DNA of 64,000 nt from Moniliella sp. 'wahieum' (taxonomy: Eukaryota). This document shows positions 1 through 11,664 of the stretch, piece by piece. How positions within the stretch are numbered: the first letter of the stretch is position 1; each line of letters starts with the position of its first letter. The DNA is taken from the NCBI GenBank assembly GCA_003971905.1, contig RSEE01000061.1:248001-312000 (forward strand), written 5' to 3'. A program made the position numbers and the translations under genes. A model generated the notes under the pieces. It saw only the letters and a program-made list of their open reading frames with translations. It had not been told where the DNA came from and ran no database searches.

Positions 1-700
1 GTAGTTTACTGCGGTATCCTCACTACTTTTCCTTTATACTAGCGGCCAAGCGGTTGCCTCTGCGAGGGGAGCTACATCCGACCCAACCCGAAGTAAGCGC
101 CTCGCCCGATCGAATTCCCAAAAGGCACAAGGAATACGAGAGAACACTAATCATGGGCTTTCGAAGTTATCGATCTTAGTATCTGTTACTGGGATGAATG
201 ATGAAAAGCTGTGGTCGGAGCACATCTTGGTTGCTGGTGTGTCGTACAAAACCTCTACACTTTCGTGGTGCGTTTTGTTTGCCCAGGGCCACGTCGACAC
301 ATCCATCCACCCATTTCAATACATTGCGTGACGGACAGGGCAGAAAACATTCTCTATAGCGCGGTGAAGTGGCATCCCGAAAGAGTCGCTTGGGGGGGAG
401 AGCCTGGTATATAATCAAAGGGGACAGTGGCGAAGGAGCGAGCCCCGCCCCGCACACGAGCAAGGCGAAACGTTACGGGCGAAGGATGTGGACCACATAA
501 TCGACCCAGGGCGCCAACTCGCCTGTGGGTTCGAGGCGTGTGGCCCATTGGATTCCGGAGGGAGCGCGGGAAAATGCGAGGAGGGGAGGATACGCACCGT
601 TCCCTCTCTCTTCCAAAACACAGATGACGCACCCCTCGATACGGATACGAATGAAACAACCGGGGTACAAAAGGCGGAAAAGAACAGAAGCACCATATAC

Positions 701-1764
701 TCAAAGCAGTCCGCATTCCCTCAAGTTGTTGGAGAGAATTGTATCGTTGACCGCAGTCATGACAAACTTGATCTGCTGGGTATCGGTGGCGCACGTGTAG
801 TGGGTGTAGATCTGTTTGGCGCGGTTCTGGTTGAGGCGGACAAACTGTTGGGTCAAGAACTCGAGGGCGGCATTGTAGTCCGAACCTCCGGTAAAATCGG
901 CAAAGTAGTTGGACAAAGGCGAAGTGGACAGCTTCTGCTCAAAGAGATCAATCTTGTTCATAAAGAGGATGATGGACGAGGCAGAGAACCATCGGGAATT
1001 GCAAATCGAGTCGAACAGCATCAAGGCCTCGTGCATCCGGTTGACGTTGGCATCCTCATACAGTGCCTGGTCGTATTCCGAAACGGCAACCAAAAACAAA
1101 TAGCTGTGACCCCGTCAAAACAGTGGATCCACTTTTTGCGCTCGGAACGCTGGCCGCCCACATCAAGCAGTTTGTACGTCAACCTGCCGATCTCAAAGGT
1201 GGTTTCCGTAATTCCCGTCGTCTTGACCCGGGAGCGCAGTACGTCTTGGTCCGTGGGCATGTAGTCGGCGGCGCCAATGCGAGCAATTGCATCAAAGTAA
1301 TAGGGCGCCGAGTCGTTCAGCTGGAACTCGCGAGAGCGCGCAAAGCAAGCGAGGATCCAGCATCATGCCACAGCACATCGACAGCTTGCATCAGCGCGGG
1401 GGGCATCACGCTAGCCTCAATTTGGCTCGGGGCGGCAAGGACCACCTCTCGGCGCCGGCACGGCGTGGGCCTCGGCAAGGGGCAAATCCAGTACCTCCAT
1501 CGCCTCCAACAGCACCTTCATGCTTTGCACCGTGTTGGAAAAGATGATCTCCTTGTACGACTCGCGCTCAGACACCGAGTAGGGGCCGTGGTGAATGAGT
1601 TTCATTTGTTTCAGCACCGTGCTCTTCCCCGACTCGCCAGCGCCGAGGAGAAGAAGCTTGACCTCGCGGCGCTGTGCCAGGCGGTCGTTCTTCAGCTGGG
1701 CGTCGATCGCATCGTTGCGTGCTGCTGCTACCGTCTCGTCGGGGCGGGAGGAGATGCAGCCCAT
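701..1764 (-). CDS. Heterotrimeric G-protein alpha subunit (group I/Gi-like); frameshifted in this assembly
   Basis: Pieces across ORFs 1417-1764, 1021-1260 and 701-1099: N-terminal MGC lipidation motif, P-loop [51 protein letters not shown]-terminal LRECGLL. Confidence 0.95.
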
Positions 1765-4151
1765 GGCGGAGGGGTGGTGGGGTGGGACAGCGGTTGGTCG
1801 AGCGAATCTAGACGGAGGCAGCGAAGACGAGGGATGGTTAATCAGTGGGAGGTGATCGAGGTATCGATCCTCGACCCCGTCCTATTCTATTCTAGTCAAT
1901 ATCAATAGTAGCGCTTCAATGAAGTCTCAGATCGCAGGGCCTCAGGGCTTCAGGGTTCGGCGCTTCAGAAGCGCGCCACATGTTGCACTGGTGCACTAGG
2001 TACGACTGCTCCACCGCGCCAGTCCCAGGGAACATCATGCATCATGCATCATGCGCCAGACGCTGGCTGCAGTGCGCGGCACCCACGCTGCCCTGCCCCC
2101 ACCCACAGCATCGGGCCTGGGACAGCATGCCCCGTGGCGCCGTGCGGGCGCACGCAAGCCACTGCCCCCCCGCCGGTGCTGGACCCTGGTCGGGGGAAGG
2201 AACGACTGCGGCGCCACATTCGGCAAGGCAAGGCGCATGCCGCAGCAGGAGCAGATACCGGCACGCTGCCCGCAAAGCCGGCGCGTGTCGCGTCGTGTAG
2301 CGCGCGCCCAGGGCCAAACTCACCGGACTCACCGGAGTTTGGTGTCCACGGCCAAATGGTTGATTGCGGCCAGCTCAGACAGTGCGACAACTCACACACC
2401 CACATAATGGGCGTCGGCCGGTGGACGCAGGGCGCTGGAGTCTCATGCATTTTTGGGAGAAGACCACGCCGGGTCGCCAGCTATCCATATGGTTGTGGTT
2501 GCAGGCAGCTGGACGCAGAGTCGCCGACCCCTCAGGGCCTCGCCTCGAGCCTCAGGGTGATCAATGGAAGAGAGAAAAGACCGAAATCCCCCATAGATAC
2601 ATTTTTGGTTTGCCCCAACGCACATAGTGTCAAACTGTCGCCGTGCCAGGAGCCCTTAGGCCTTATGGCCTGTTCGCGGCATTTTGCCTGATTCCTATCA
2701 GTACTATCAATTGTGGGAGATCCTGTGTCTACCTCTCAGATCTCAGATGTGCCCCTTTCCTTCAGAATATACATATAGATCCAGGCTGCCCAGAGATAAA
2801 GTACTCAATTCTGCTAGAGTGCGACTTGGAGCACTCGCGATCCTATGGATCAGCTGCAAAGCAGCCTTCAGACAAGGCGTGAAAGCAAAGTGGTGATCCA
2901 CAAGTCTTCAAGCAAAGTCTGAAGGGAAGGAGGAAGGAGAGAGAGAAGGGAGCGAACTCTTCCGGACGGCTAAGCGAGCGGCACCGATCCATTGAGGGCC
3001 GTGCAAGGGAACCCTAGCACTACCCCTCTAACAAATTCATCTGCATCCCTTTTCTCTCCATCTCCCTGACACCTGACCTTTTTTGCCTAATACGATCTTC
3101 CACTCCGTCGTCTCCCCATTGCATGCATATAGATTTTCTTCTTGATTTCTTGATACCTTTCCCTCAGAATGAACGCCACGTACGATGCCGTGGGGCGTGG
3201 CTGTGAACGATCTTTATTTTCGCCCCTTCTATTTGATCAGGACTGTGAAGAGTGGCAATCACTTACGACTTGGGTGCACAACATTTGAACGAGGATGGGG
3301 AGAGTTACCTGGCAATGTTATCCCGGGGTTCTTCTGGAGGGCTGCTTGGGACAGAGCAAATGGTTCGTGGGTTAGTGGCAAGGGTTACTTGTCGCCCACC
3401 CGTGCTCCCACAGGTGCAGCTGGCAGGCATCTCATCAGTGCATCTGCCCCTCGGGCTCACCCCCCCCCACCGCCACCTTCTTGCTACCAGCGTCGGATCA
3501 GCCCGACGCATGGTGCAACGGCAATGTCTGTACTGCTAGTGCGGTTTGCTGAACACGGCGTCTGTCGCTCTGCCCCGTCGCAGTGTGCCGGTCGAGTAGT
3601 GCGAGGTGCCTCTTGACTGGGTTGATGCTCCGCCGCTAACAGCATGGGTGGTGAACCCAGTGCTACCACAATGCCGCCAGCTACTCATCATACGTCTCCT
3701 CTGCCGCGCCTTGTGCCATCCGTCTCCGTTCCTGTGCTGACATTTTGGCAGCGCTATCTCGTGGGCCATCCGTCGTCCCCCTCTTCCCTGAAGTCAACGA
3801 GTGGAAAGCAACTGAACGAGAGGCAAGTGTTCGGGCAAAGGAAACGAGAAGTTGCTTCTCTGTCGGATTGTCGAGCGATACGAGTGGGAGCACCAAGTAC
3901 CAAGCCAAGCAAAAGATGCACTGGTAGAGGGAAGGACACAGGATCGGCTGAGAGCACAGTGAGGAGACTTACCTGATTACCAGCTACGAGCACCGTGACA
4001 CCGCGCGTTTTTTTGGCCACAGAGCCTGCCACAGCCAATGCGCAGCTCTTCAATATCATTTTTTGACCCTACCGGTGCGATGGGCCAGAAGCTCAGCATT
4101 GCTACTCCAGGTGCCCATCCCCTCGAGTCTCCCACCAGCGGGTTTTTTTTT

Positions 4152-4690
4152 TGTTGACTAGGTTGCCGCTGGATCTGGTCCCAACCCATCCACAATAAGT
4201 ACGTTGGGTGTGCATGCCTGATTCTCCGCTCGCCCGAGCCACAGCCCGCAAGGCGGCTGAGCACTTCGGTTGAGTGGCTCGTGTGTTTTGGCCACCTGGG
4301 CCTTCAGTCCCTCCTCAGGCGTAGGAGTTGCCTTGTTTTTCTCGCTTCTGTTTTCCTTGTTCCACAGCCTAGCCCCTGGAGGCGACTGGCCGCTTGACGT
4401 TTCTCTCTAGGCGTTGCCGGCTGGCTTCATCCACCACCGTCACCAGTGCGGTTGCATCACCCTCGAGGACCATCAGGACTCCAGGTCTCAACAAACTTCT
4501 CCCACCAAGGCTTCAAGCCTCAAGACATAGGTTGGCCTCGAGATCGGACTTACCATTGACGTTGCCCTTTGAAATTGGGTACAATGGTTTCGGTTGGAGA
4601 AGGGCGGGTACATATCTGGGCCCTTCGCCGGCGGCGTACCGTGCTTGTACTCTGTTGTGCTTGAGAGCCGAGTCCAGTGTTGACTCGTGA
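4152..4690 (-). mobile_element. Decayed LTR-retrotransposon 3' end (probably Ty1/copia): LTR-like segment 4152-4493, purine-rich tract and RNase H-like remnant
   Basis: 4152-4493 is bounded by TGTTGA...TCAACA. On the minus strand it is preceded by GGTGGGAGAAGTT (PPT-like). 4274-4493 aligns by eye with the TSD-flanked solo LTR at 34471-34698. The adjacent minus frame reads KHNRVQARYAAGEGPRYVP, resembling the copia RNase H C-terminus. Confidence 0.6.
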
Positions 4691-5280
4691 GGCCTGAGGA
4701 AACTAGAGTTGGTCACCAGCAGGCATAGTGCTAGTGAACTTGATTCCTGAGCGCCTGCGCGCCTGACTTCATGCTGGAGCGGTTGGGCGGCGAGACGCTG
4801 GGTAGTGTTGGTGGCAGTGCCGTTGAAACGAGGCCATTTGATGTATGTCGTAGTAGTGGTGGGTGCACTGGGGCGGAGGCTGCTGGCGCGGCGTATGCTA
4901 GCGTAAGGACGCGCGGGCAGGCACACCGGAGAGAGACGCGGGGTTTGGGCGCTTGGGTTGGACGTTGGTGCCTGCACGCCGCCGATCTTCTTGCGCGTCA
5001 GGAGGTCTGTGCACACACTGCCCCTGCGCCTAGGCTGCAATGCAGCGCTAGAGGGGCAGTGCGCTGTCCTGTGCCGCCCCGAGCCGCAAGATGGCGCCCA
5101 GCACCAGCAAGGGGGCAGTGTTGCGGACATGGTTCTCTCTAGCCTCTGATTCTGAGGATCTCAACTCTCAACGTTCAGTTGAACGTTGAACCTACGAAGG
5201 CAGTCGTCAACCCTTGCCACGTTCTCCGTTGCTTACGCCCACCACCCCTTCCGCCCCTGCCCCTTCCCCCCACATCCGCC

Positions 5281-7294
5281 ATGCCCCTCCAGGCCTTTGA
5301 TATTACCAAGTTCCCTGTCCCGCTGGACCAGTACAAGCCTGTGCCCCTGTCGCTTGCCGACAAGCAGCTGACTGCAGAGCAGAAGGCCCAGCTGGCCACC
5401 AACATCAAAATCCTCCGTGAGGCCATCATCTTCTTCACCGCGTCTGGTGCGGCTCGTGGCGGTACGCATTCCTTCCGTGCGCTCTTTCGTCCGGGAATCT
5501 TACTGACCCTTTCCCGCACACAGTCTCTGGCCACACGGGTGGGCCTTACGACACTGTCCCTGAGGTTGTTCTGCTCCTTTCGCTCTTTGCTGGCCCTGAT
5601 GGCGACAAGTTCTACCAGACTTTCTTCGACGAGGCTGGCCACCGTGTTGCCACCCAGTACCTTCTCGCTGTTCTCGATGGCGCGTTCCCAGCCGAGCACC
5701 TCCTCTACTACCGTGAGGCTGACAGCAAACTCCCTGGCCACCCCGAGTTGGGCTTGACTCCGGGCGTCAAGTTTTCGTCGGGTCGTCTGGGCCATGTGGC
5801 CGATGGTCAATGGTGTAGCAGCTGCCCACGCGACAAGATCACTATTATGCTTGGTTCGGCGACGGCTCGAGCAGGAGGGTGACGATGCCGAGGCGGCGCG
5901 CCTTGCAGTTGCCAAAGACTTGAATGTGAAGCTCTTCATTGATGACAACAATGTCACCATTGCCGGCCACCCTCGGACTACTTCAAGGGTTACGACGTTG
6001 GCAAGACGTTGGAAGGGCATGGCCTCAAGATCATTCGTGCCGAGGGTGAGGACCTGGACAGCCTCTTTGGCGCGATCATTGAGTCAGTCAACACCAAGGG
6101 TCCCGTCGCTGTGATCACCAAGCGTCCCATGGCACCTGGTATCAAGGGCATTGAGGGCAACCCTCACGGCCACGATGTGATTCCCCTTCCCAAGGCGATT
6201 GAGTTCCTTACCGACGCTGGGAACAAGGATGCTGTTGCCATCCTCGAGAGCATCAAGCCCCGCAAGGACCCTTACACTTACATTGGATCGACCAAGGAGC
6301 GTGGTGCCAACCGTGTTGTGTTTGGTGACGCTGTGGCCGCTGTGCTGGACAAGACGTCGGCGGAAGAGAACGCCAAGAAGGTGCTTTGCGTTGACTCTGA
6401 CTTGGAGGGCTCGACTGGCCTTAAGGTCATTCACCAGAAGCACCCCGAGGTCTTCTGGTCCTCGGGCATTTGCGAGCGCGGCAACTTTAGTGCCGCGGCT
6501 GGCTTTGGCTCGTTCGTTCCCGAAGGCGAGTACCGCACCGGTATCTTCTCCACCTTCTCAGCCTTCCTCGAGATGATCGTCTCGGAGCTCACCATGGCCC
6601 GTCTCAACAAGTCTAACGTTCTCTCTCTCATTTCTCCCATGCTGGTGTGGATGAGATGGCGGACAACACCTGCCACTTTGGTATTAACAACTTCTTTGCC
6701 GACAATGGCCTGTCCGATGCGGGCGTGCCTACCAGCCTCTACTTCCTGCCGACCCGACTCAGATGACGGCGGTGATTGAGAAGGTGCTGTATGCGCCTGG
6801 CCTTCGGTTTGTTTTTCGACGCGCTCAAGGTTCCTTGGGTGTTGAAGGAGGGTTCGGACTCGGAGCGCTTCTATGGCGAGGGCTACACTTTTGTTCCGGG
6901 CAAGGATGACATTATCCGTGGTGCTCCCGGTGAAGTCGAAGGCTGGATCGTCACGTTTGGTGAGATGCTGTACCGTGTCGTCGATGCCGTTGACAAGCTC
7001 AAGGCCGAGGGGATCAAGGTTGGTGTGATCAACAAGTCGACCCTCAACGTCGTAGACGAGGAGGCGATCAAGGTGTGGGGTGCTGGCAAGTTCACCCTGG
7101 TGGTCGAGTCGTTCAACAAGGCGACTGGCCTTGGCTCGCGCGTCGGCTCTTGGCTCCTTGAACGCAACATTCGCCCGGGCAAGTTTGGCCACCTCGGCAC
7201 CACCATTGAGGGTTCGGGTGGACTCTGGGAGCAAATCCCCCACCAGGGCCTCGACTCGGACTCGATCCAAAAGAAGGTCAAGGAGCTTCTTTAA
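5281..7294 (+). CDS. Transketolase-like thiamine-diphosphate enzyme (non-canonical TK family); intron 5462-5523
   Basis: Spliced N-terminus GVSGHTGGPYD, LPGHPE, TPP-binding DGS..EG..AEAARLA...IDDNN, DSDLEGST, GICERG, STFSAF, C-terminal VGVINKSTL...LVVES. GT-AG intron with a ctgac branch site. Confidence 0.85.
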
Positions 7295-7774
7295 TCTGTT
7301 TTGTTCGGTCGTAACTGCCTGATTGCATCTGGCCTACTCCTTGAATCGACGGGCTTCAGCGGCTGAAGCTCTGCTGCTGCTGACCCTCTCCTTTCTATAG
7401 CTGATCAAAAGGGGCATATGTGATTGCCAGGTGCTTCTAATTGTCCACATAGACACTCTCTAAGCTTGATGTCACGGTCCTCTCAAGTAATCTGGCAAAC
7501 GTTCCTACTGCGCGCTTCCTAGCCATGTCTCCTCCTACCAACGACTGCTTTGCCTCCTTGAGTTCTACTCGCCTTTCTCTGGCTGGGGTGCGGATATGGG
7601 CCAGGAATAGGCTCCTGCGGTGCACTCAAAAATGCAACGTTGAAATCTGACCTTCACGCCGGATGTGGCAAGGGACAGCGGAATTGGCTGGCATTGCGTG
7701 CCCAAAGCGTCAACCAAACGCGTCCAACTGGAGCCCAGCCACCGTGCTGTCCAGGACTCAACCACCGACCCGTT

Positions 7775-8884
7775 ATGCCCACCACGACAGCCGAAACGGT
7801 CGCGCTGTCCAACACGACAGTTATTGTCCACCCACTGGTTCTGCTCAGTGTGGCGGATCATGCGGCTCGGAGTGCAACGGGCGCGCGGAAGCGCTGTGTG
7901 GGTGTGTTGCTCGGCCAAGATGATGGTCAAGTGGTCAATGTGGCCAACTCGTTTGCGGTTCCCTTTGAGGAGGACGATCACGACCCCAAAACCTGGTTTC
8001 TGGACCACAATTACATCCTAGGCATGAACGACATGTTCAAAAAGGTCAATGGTACGCGCTTTTTCCACTGGGTAACGTACCATGCAAGGCACTGACTTAC
8101 AATCTGATGGCAGCTAAGGAAAAGATGATCGGGTGGTACCACACCGGTCCCGACTACGCTCTTCCGATCTGGAGATAAACGAGCTGATGAAGCGGATCAT
8201 TCAACGCCCGGTCATGGTCATTATTGACCCACGGCAGCGAGAAGCTGGCTTGCCTACCAATGCCTACTTTGCTGTGGAGGAGATCAAGGACGATGGGACG
8301 ACGACCGAAGCTACTTTTATGCATGTTCCATCGGAGATCCAGGCTGAGGAGGCTGAGGAGATTGGAGTCGAACATTTGCTTCGGACGTGCGAGACACCAC
8401 TCAGTGGGGACGTTATCGACGCGGGTGGAGGATCGGCTGGTGGGGCTCCGGGGACTGCAGGGCGCTTGGTTGAGATTCGGGATTACCTGCAAGAGGTAGT
8501 AGCGGGCCGCTTGCCGGTGAACCACCAGATCATTTATAACCTCCAAGATATGTTCAACTTGCTTCCCAACCTAGATATGCCCCGCTTCAACGGGCCTTGA
8601 CCGCAGCCAACAATGATCAACTGTTGGTTGTTTACCTCTCATCATTGATTCGCTCTGTTATTGCTCTCCATGGCTTGGTCGACAACCGCATGGACAATGC
8701 TCGTGGCGATGATGATGATGCCGATGCTCAGGTTCCCACCGGGGAGGAGGAGACGAATAAAGACCAAGAAGACGGCAAGGACAAGCCAGCCGATCCATCT
8801 GAAAACCAGAGACAAAGTAGCTGTTCATCTCCATCTCAGGGGGAAATGCACGTTGCGATTGTACACATTGTGATTGTATTCTGA
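7775..8884 (+). CDS. RPN8: 26S proteasome lid subunit Rpn8 (MPN domain); intron 8052-8113; 3' end uncertain (8820 or 8884)
   Basis: [87 protein letters not shown]. Confidence 0.96.
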
Positions 8885-9341
8885 TGACCGAACTGACCCA
8901 TCTCCGTGCTGGGTAGGGGGGGGTTAGGCCCCTTGGGTGTGGGCAAGGCAGCTGTTCCGTGCTTCTGGCTACTGCATCATATGGTCCGCTGAACCATGTG
9001 GCCTACCTTTAGTGCCATCAGCAATAGTCTGTCAGTCTCGTCAGCGATCCGGTTGATATTGTCTGGGCGACTGGGTGGGGGGGAAATGATGCTGTGGTGA
9101 TGTACATAAGACAACCCACCACACCAATGTGAGCCAAACGTGGCCGTGCACGGCTGACTGTCCCAAAGCGGCGCTAAGCCTGAGCGGATTTTCCACTGGA
9201 CGGAAGGTCGTTGTTCAGTGCCCTGTGCGGGATATGTCCCAACCCTACCGGAACAATTCGTCGTGGTCAGAAATTGCTTGGTATGACCACCTTCTTGGCC
9301 CATCGCCATCACCACTACCACCACCACCTCTCTTCTTTACC

Positions 9342-9973
9342 ATGTCCGCCACGATTGAGGAAGTCACCGAAGGCCTGCAGAACGCCCCGCTGGCTCAGGC
9401 CGGCTCGGATGTGGTTGTTTCGGAGCAGATTGCGAACCGCGCGAGCGCAAGAGCCGCAAGGCTCTCCAGGGCCTCGGCCTGGAGCGTGTGCCCGGCATTT
9501 CGCGCATTGCCATGCGCCGTGCTCGTGGCCACCTGTACGTGATCAGCAACCCGGATGTACAAGTCTTCCACTGCCGACTCGTATGTGATCTTTGGTGAGG
9601 GCAAGGTTGAGGACCCCAACCAGCAGCAACTTGCGCTCCCAGGCCGCCCAGCAGCAGCAGCAGCAGCTCCTCCAGATGCAGCAGGCTGCCGGTGGCGATT
9701 TCTCTGCTCCAAGCCGAGGCGCTTTTGTCGGAATCCAAGCCAGCCTGCTGAGGAGGATGAGGAGCCCATTGATGCCGAGGGCGTGAACGAGTCTGACATT
9801 GAGCTGGTCATGGCTCAATCCAAGGCTAGCCGCAACCGTGCGATCAAGGCGCTCAAGTCTACCAACGGTGACCTGGTATGTATTTGTTTCTTGGCGCTAG
9901 CGTGTTTCCCTGTCCTTGGCCCTTCTGACTTGTCCCATTTCAGATCAACGCCATTATGGAAGCAACGGCCTAA
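9342..9973 (+). CDS. EGD2: Nascent polypeptide-associated complex alpha subunit; intron 9876-9943
   Basis: NAC domain ([19 protein letters not shown]) and UBA-like end ([21 protein letters not shown], spliced to [13 protein letters not shown]). Confidence 0.93.
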
Positions 9974-11318
9974 GCGGATGCACTGCTCCATGTCCGCCCA
10001 TGACCCCGATTCCATGCGGGGTTGTATGTGTTTTGACTCGATCCTCTTATGCCATCAGCACAGGTCTTGGCGGGACGTCTTGTACATCGCTGGCTACCCT
10101 CAAGCCACTCGCCATTTTAGTTTGCTATTGGCCGATTCCAACTGGTTGGCCGATCAGATTATGTGTTTCTGTCTTGCCAGCAGCTTGCTCCTGTGTTTGG
10201 TTGATGTTAGCGTGCTCTCGGGATTCGCAAAGCGGCCTGTGAGCCTTGGGAGGGTAGACACTGCAGGGGAATAATGTGATGATATCTACATCGGAACCCG
10301 CTGAGCCTCTGGGGGCTTGAGCAGCCGCGGGGCGATATGGCATGTGAGGGCCTGAGGCTAAAGACGATGAGGGCGAGAGAGTTGACACGGGCTTTACTGG
10401 GCTAGTGGGAAACAGCAGCACGAAGCCGGCGGATGGTGGGAGGGGAGGCGTGAGTAGTGACTTGGGCTTGCTGCCATGGCTGGATTGGGAGAGGTGGCGG
10501 TGGTGACGGAGAGGCAGGTGTTGTTGTTGACTAGGGTGCGAGTAGAGGCAGAGGAAAGCGAACATGAGCAGCAGCAAGGGCTGCCTAGGGTCGGATGGCG
10601 TGGGACACACTGGCACCGGGAAAACCGGTAGCAAAGCGCCCGCAGGCGCCGGGGGAAGCGCAGCACACGTGGCTTGCTGGGCACTGCGTGGCACTGCGCT
10701 GTGGGAGGCCGCGTGCCGCTTGGGCCGGACGGAATGGATATGGATGCAGGAGGCCGCAGCAGTGCAGTGTGCTGGGCGTGCGTGCTGGTGCGTGCGGTGC
10801 GGCGGGGGCGGCGGGGCTGCTCGGGTGCGTGGCGCTGGGATGGCTTGGAGCACCGGCATGCCACATGTCAGCCGCGTGCATGCCAGCGCCTGGCTGGTAT
10901 CTGCTGTTGGCGCCCGCAGCGCCGCAGCAGGCCAGCCAGCCGCCCAGCGCGTGTGAGACCGCCTGCTGCGCTGTCGGGTGCGTGCTTCGTCCGGCGGCGC
11001 GCTGCAGTGCCCAGCACTCAGCGACTCAGCTGAGCTCAGCCAGCGCAGAGCCAGCCGGCCGCGTTCCTGCGGCCCCGTGCTCCATGCGCCCCGCGGACAG
11101 GGGCTGTGTGGCGGCGCGCTGACATAAGCATCTGCGTCTCCGCTGGCCTGCTGCTGGGAACGCCCCCCCGGCGGCGGGCGCTCAGCTCAGCGCTCGGTTG
11201 ATGACGCGGAAACAGCAGAGTGGCCTCAGTTGACAACTCTTTTGCTTCCACCCGCCGCCCTCCCCGACCCCGATTATCCCCGTCCCCGTCTCCGCCTTCG
11301 TCTCTGTCTCCCTCGTCA

Positions 11319-11620
11319 CCCTCGCCCTCGCCCTCGCCCTCGCCCTCGCCCTCGCCCTCGCCCTCGCCCTCGCCCTCCCCTCGCCCTCGCCCTCGCCCTC
11401 GCCCTCCCTCGCCCTCGCCCTCGCCCTCGCCCTCGCCCTCGCCCTCTCGCCCTCGCCCTCGCCCTCCCTCGCCCTCGCCTCGCCCTCGCCCTCGCCCTCG
11501 CCCTCTCCCTCCCCTCGCCTCGCCCCTCTCCCCTCGCCCTCGCCCTCGCCCCGCCCTCCCTCGCCCTCGCCCTCGCCCTCGCCCTCGCCCTCGCCCTCGC
11601 CCTCGCCCTCGCCCTCGCCC
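11319..11620. repeat. Hexanucleotide microsatellite (CCCTCG)n, roughly 50 units with a few interruptions
   Basis: Directly visible tandem ccctcg units, ending about 45 bp before the ATG at 11665. Confidence 0.99.
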
Positions 11621-11664
11621 CCACCCCCCCCACCCCCACCCTTGCCCCCGCCTTTCCGCGTGCC

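Noticed and set aside
1..153. Possible LTR end at the window edge with faint similarity to 37500-37540
   Set aside because: Similarity is too short and weak to support by eye.
2560..3035. Possible solo LTR ending in CTAACA
   Set aside because: No matching opposite terminus, TSD or second copy was identified.
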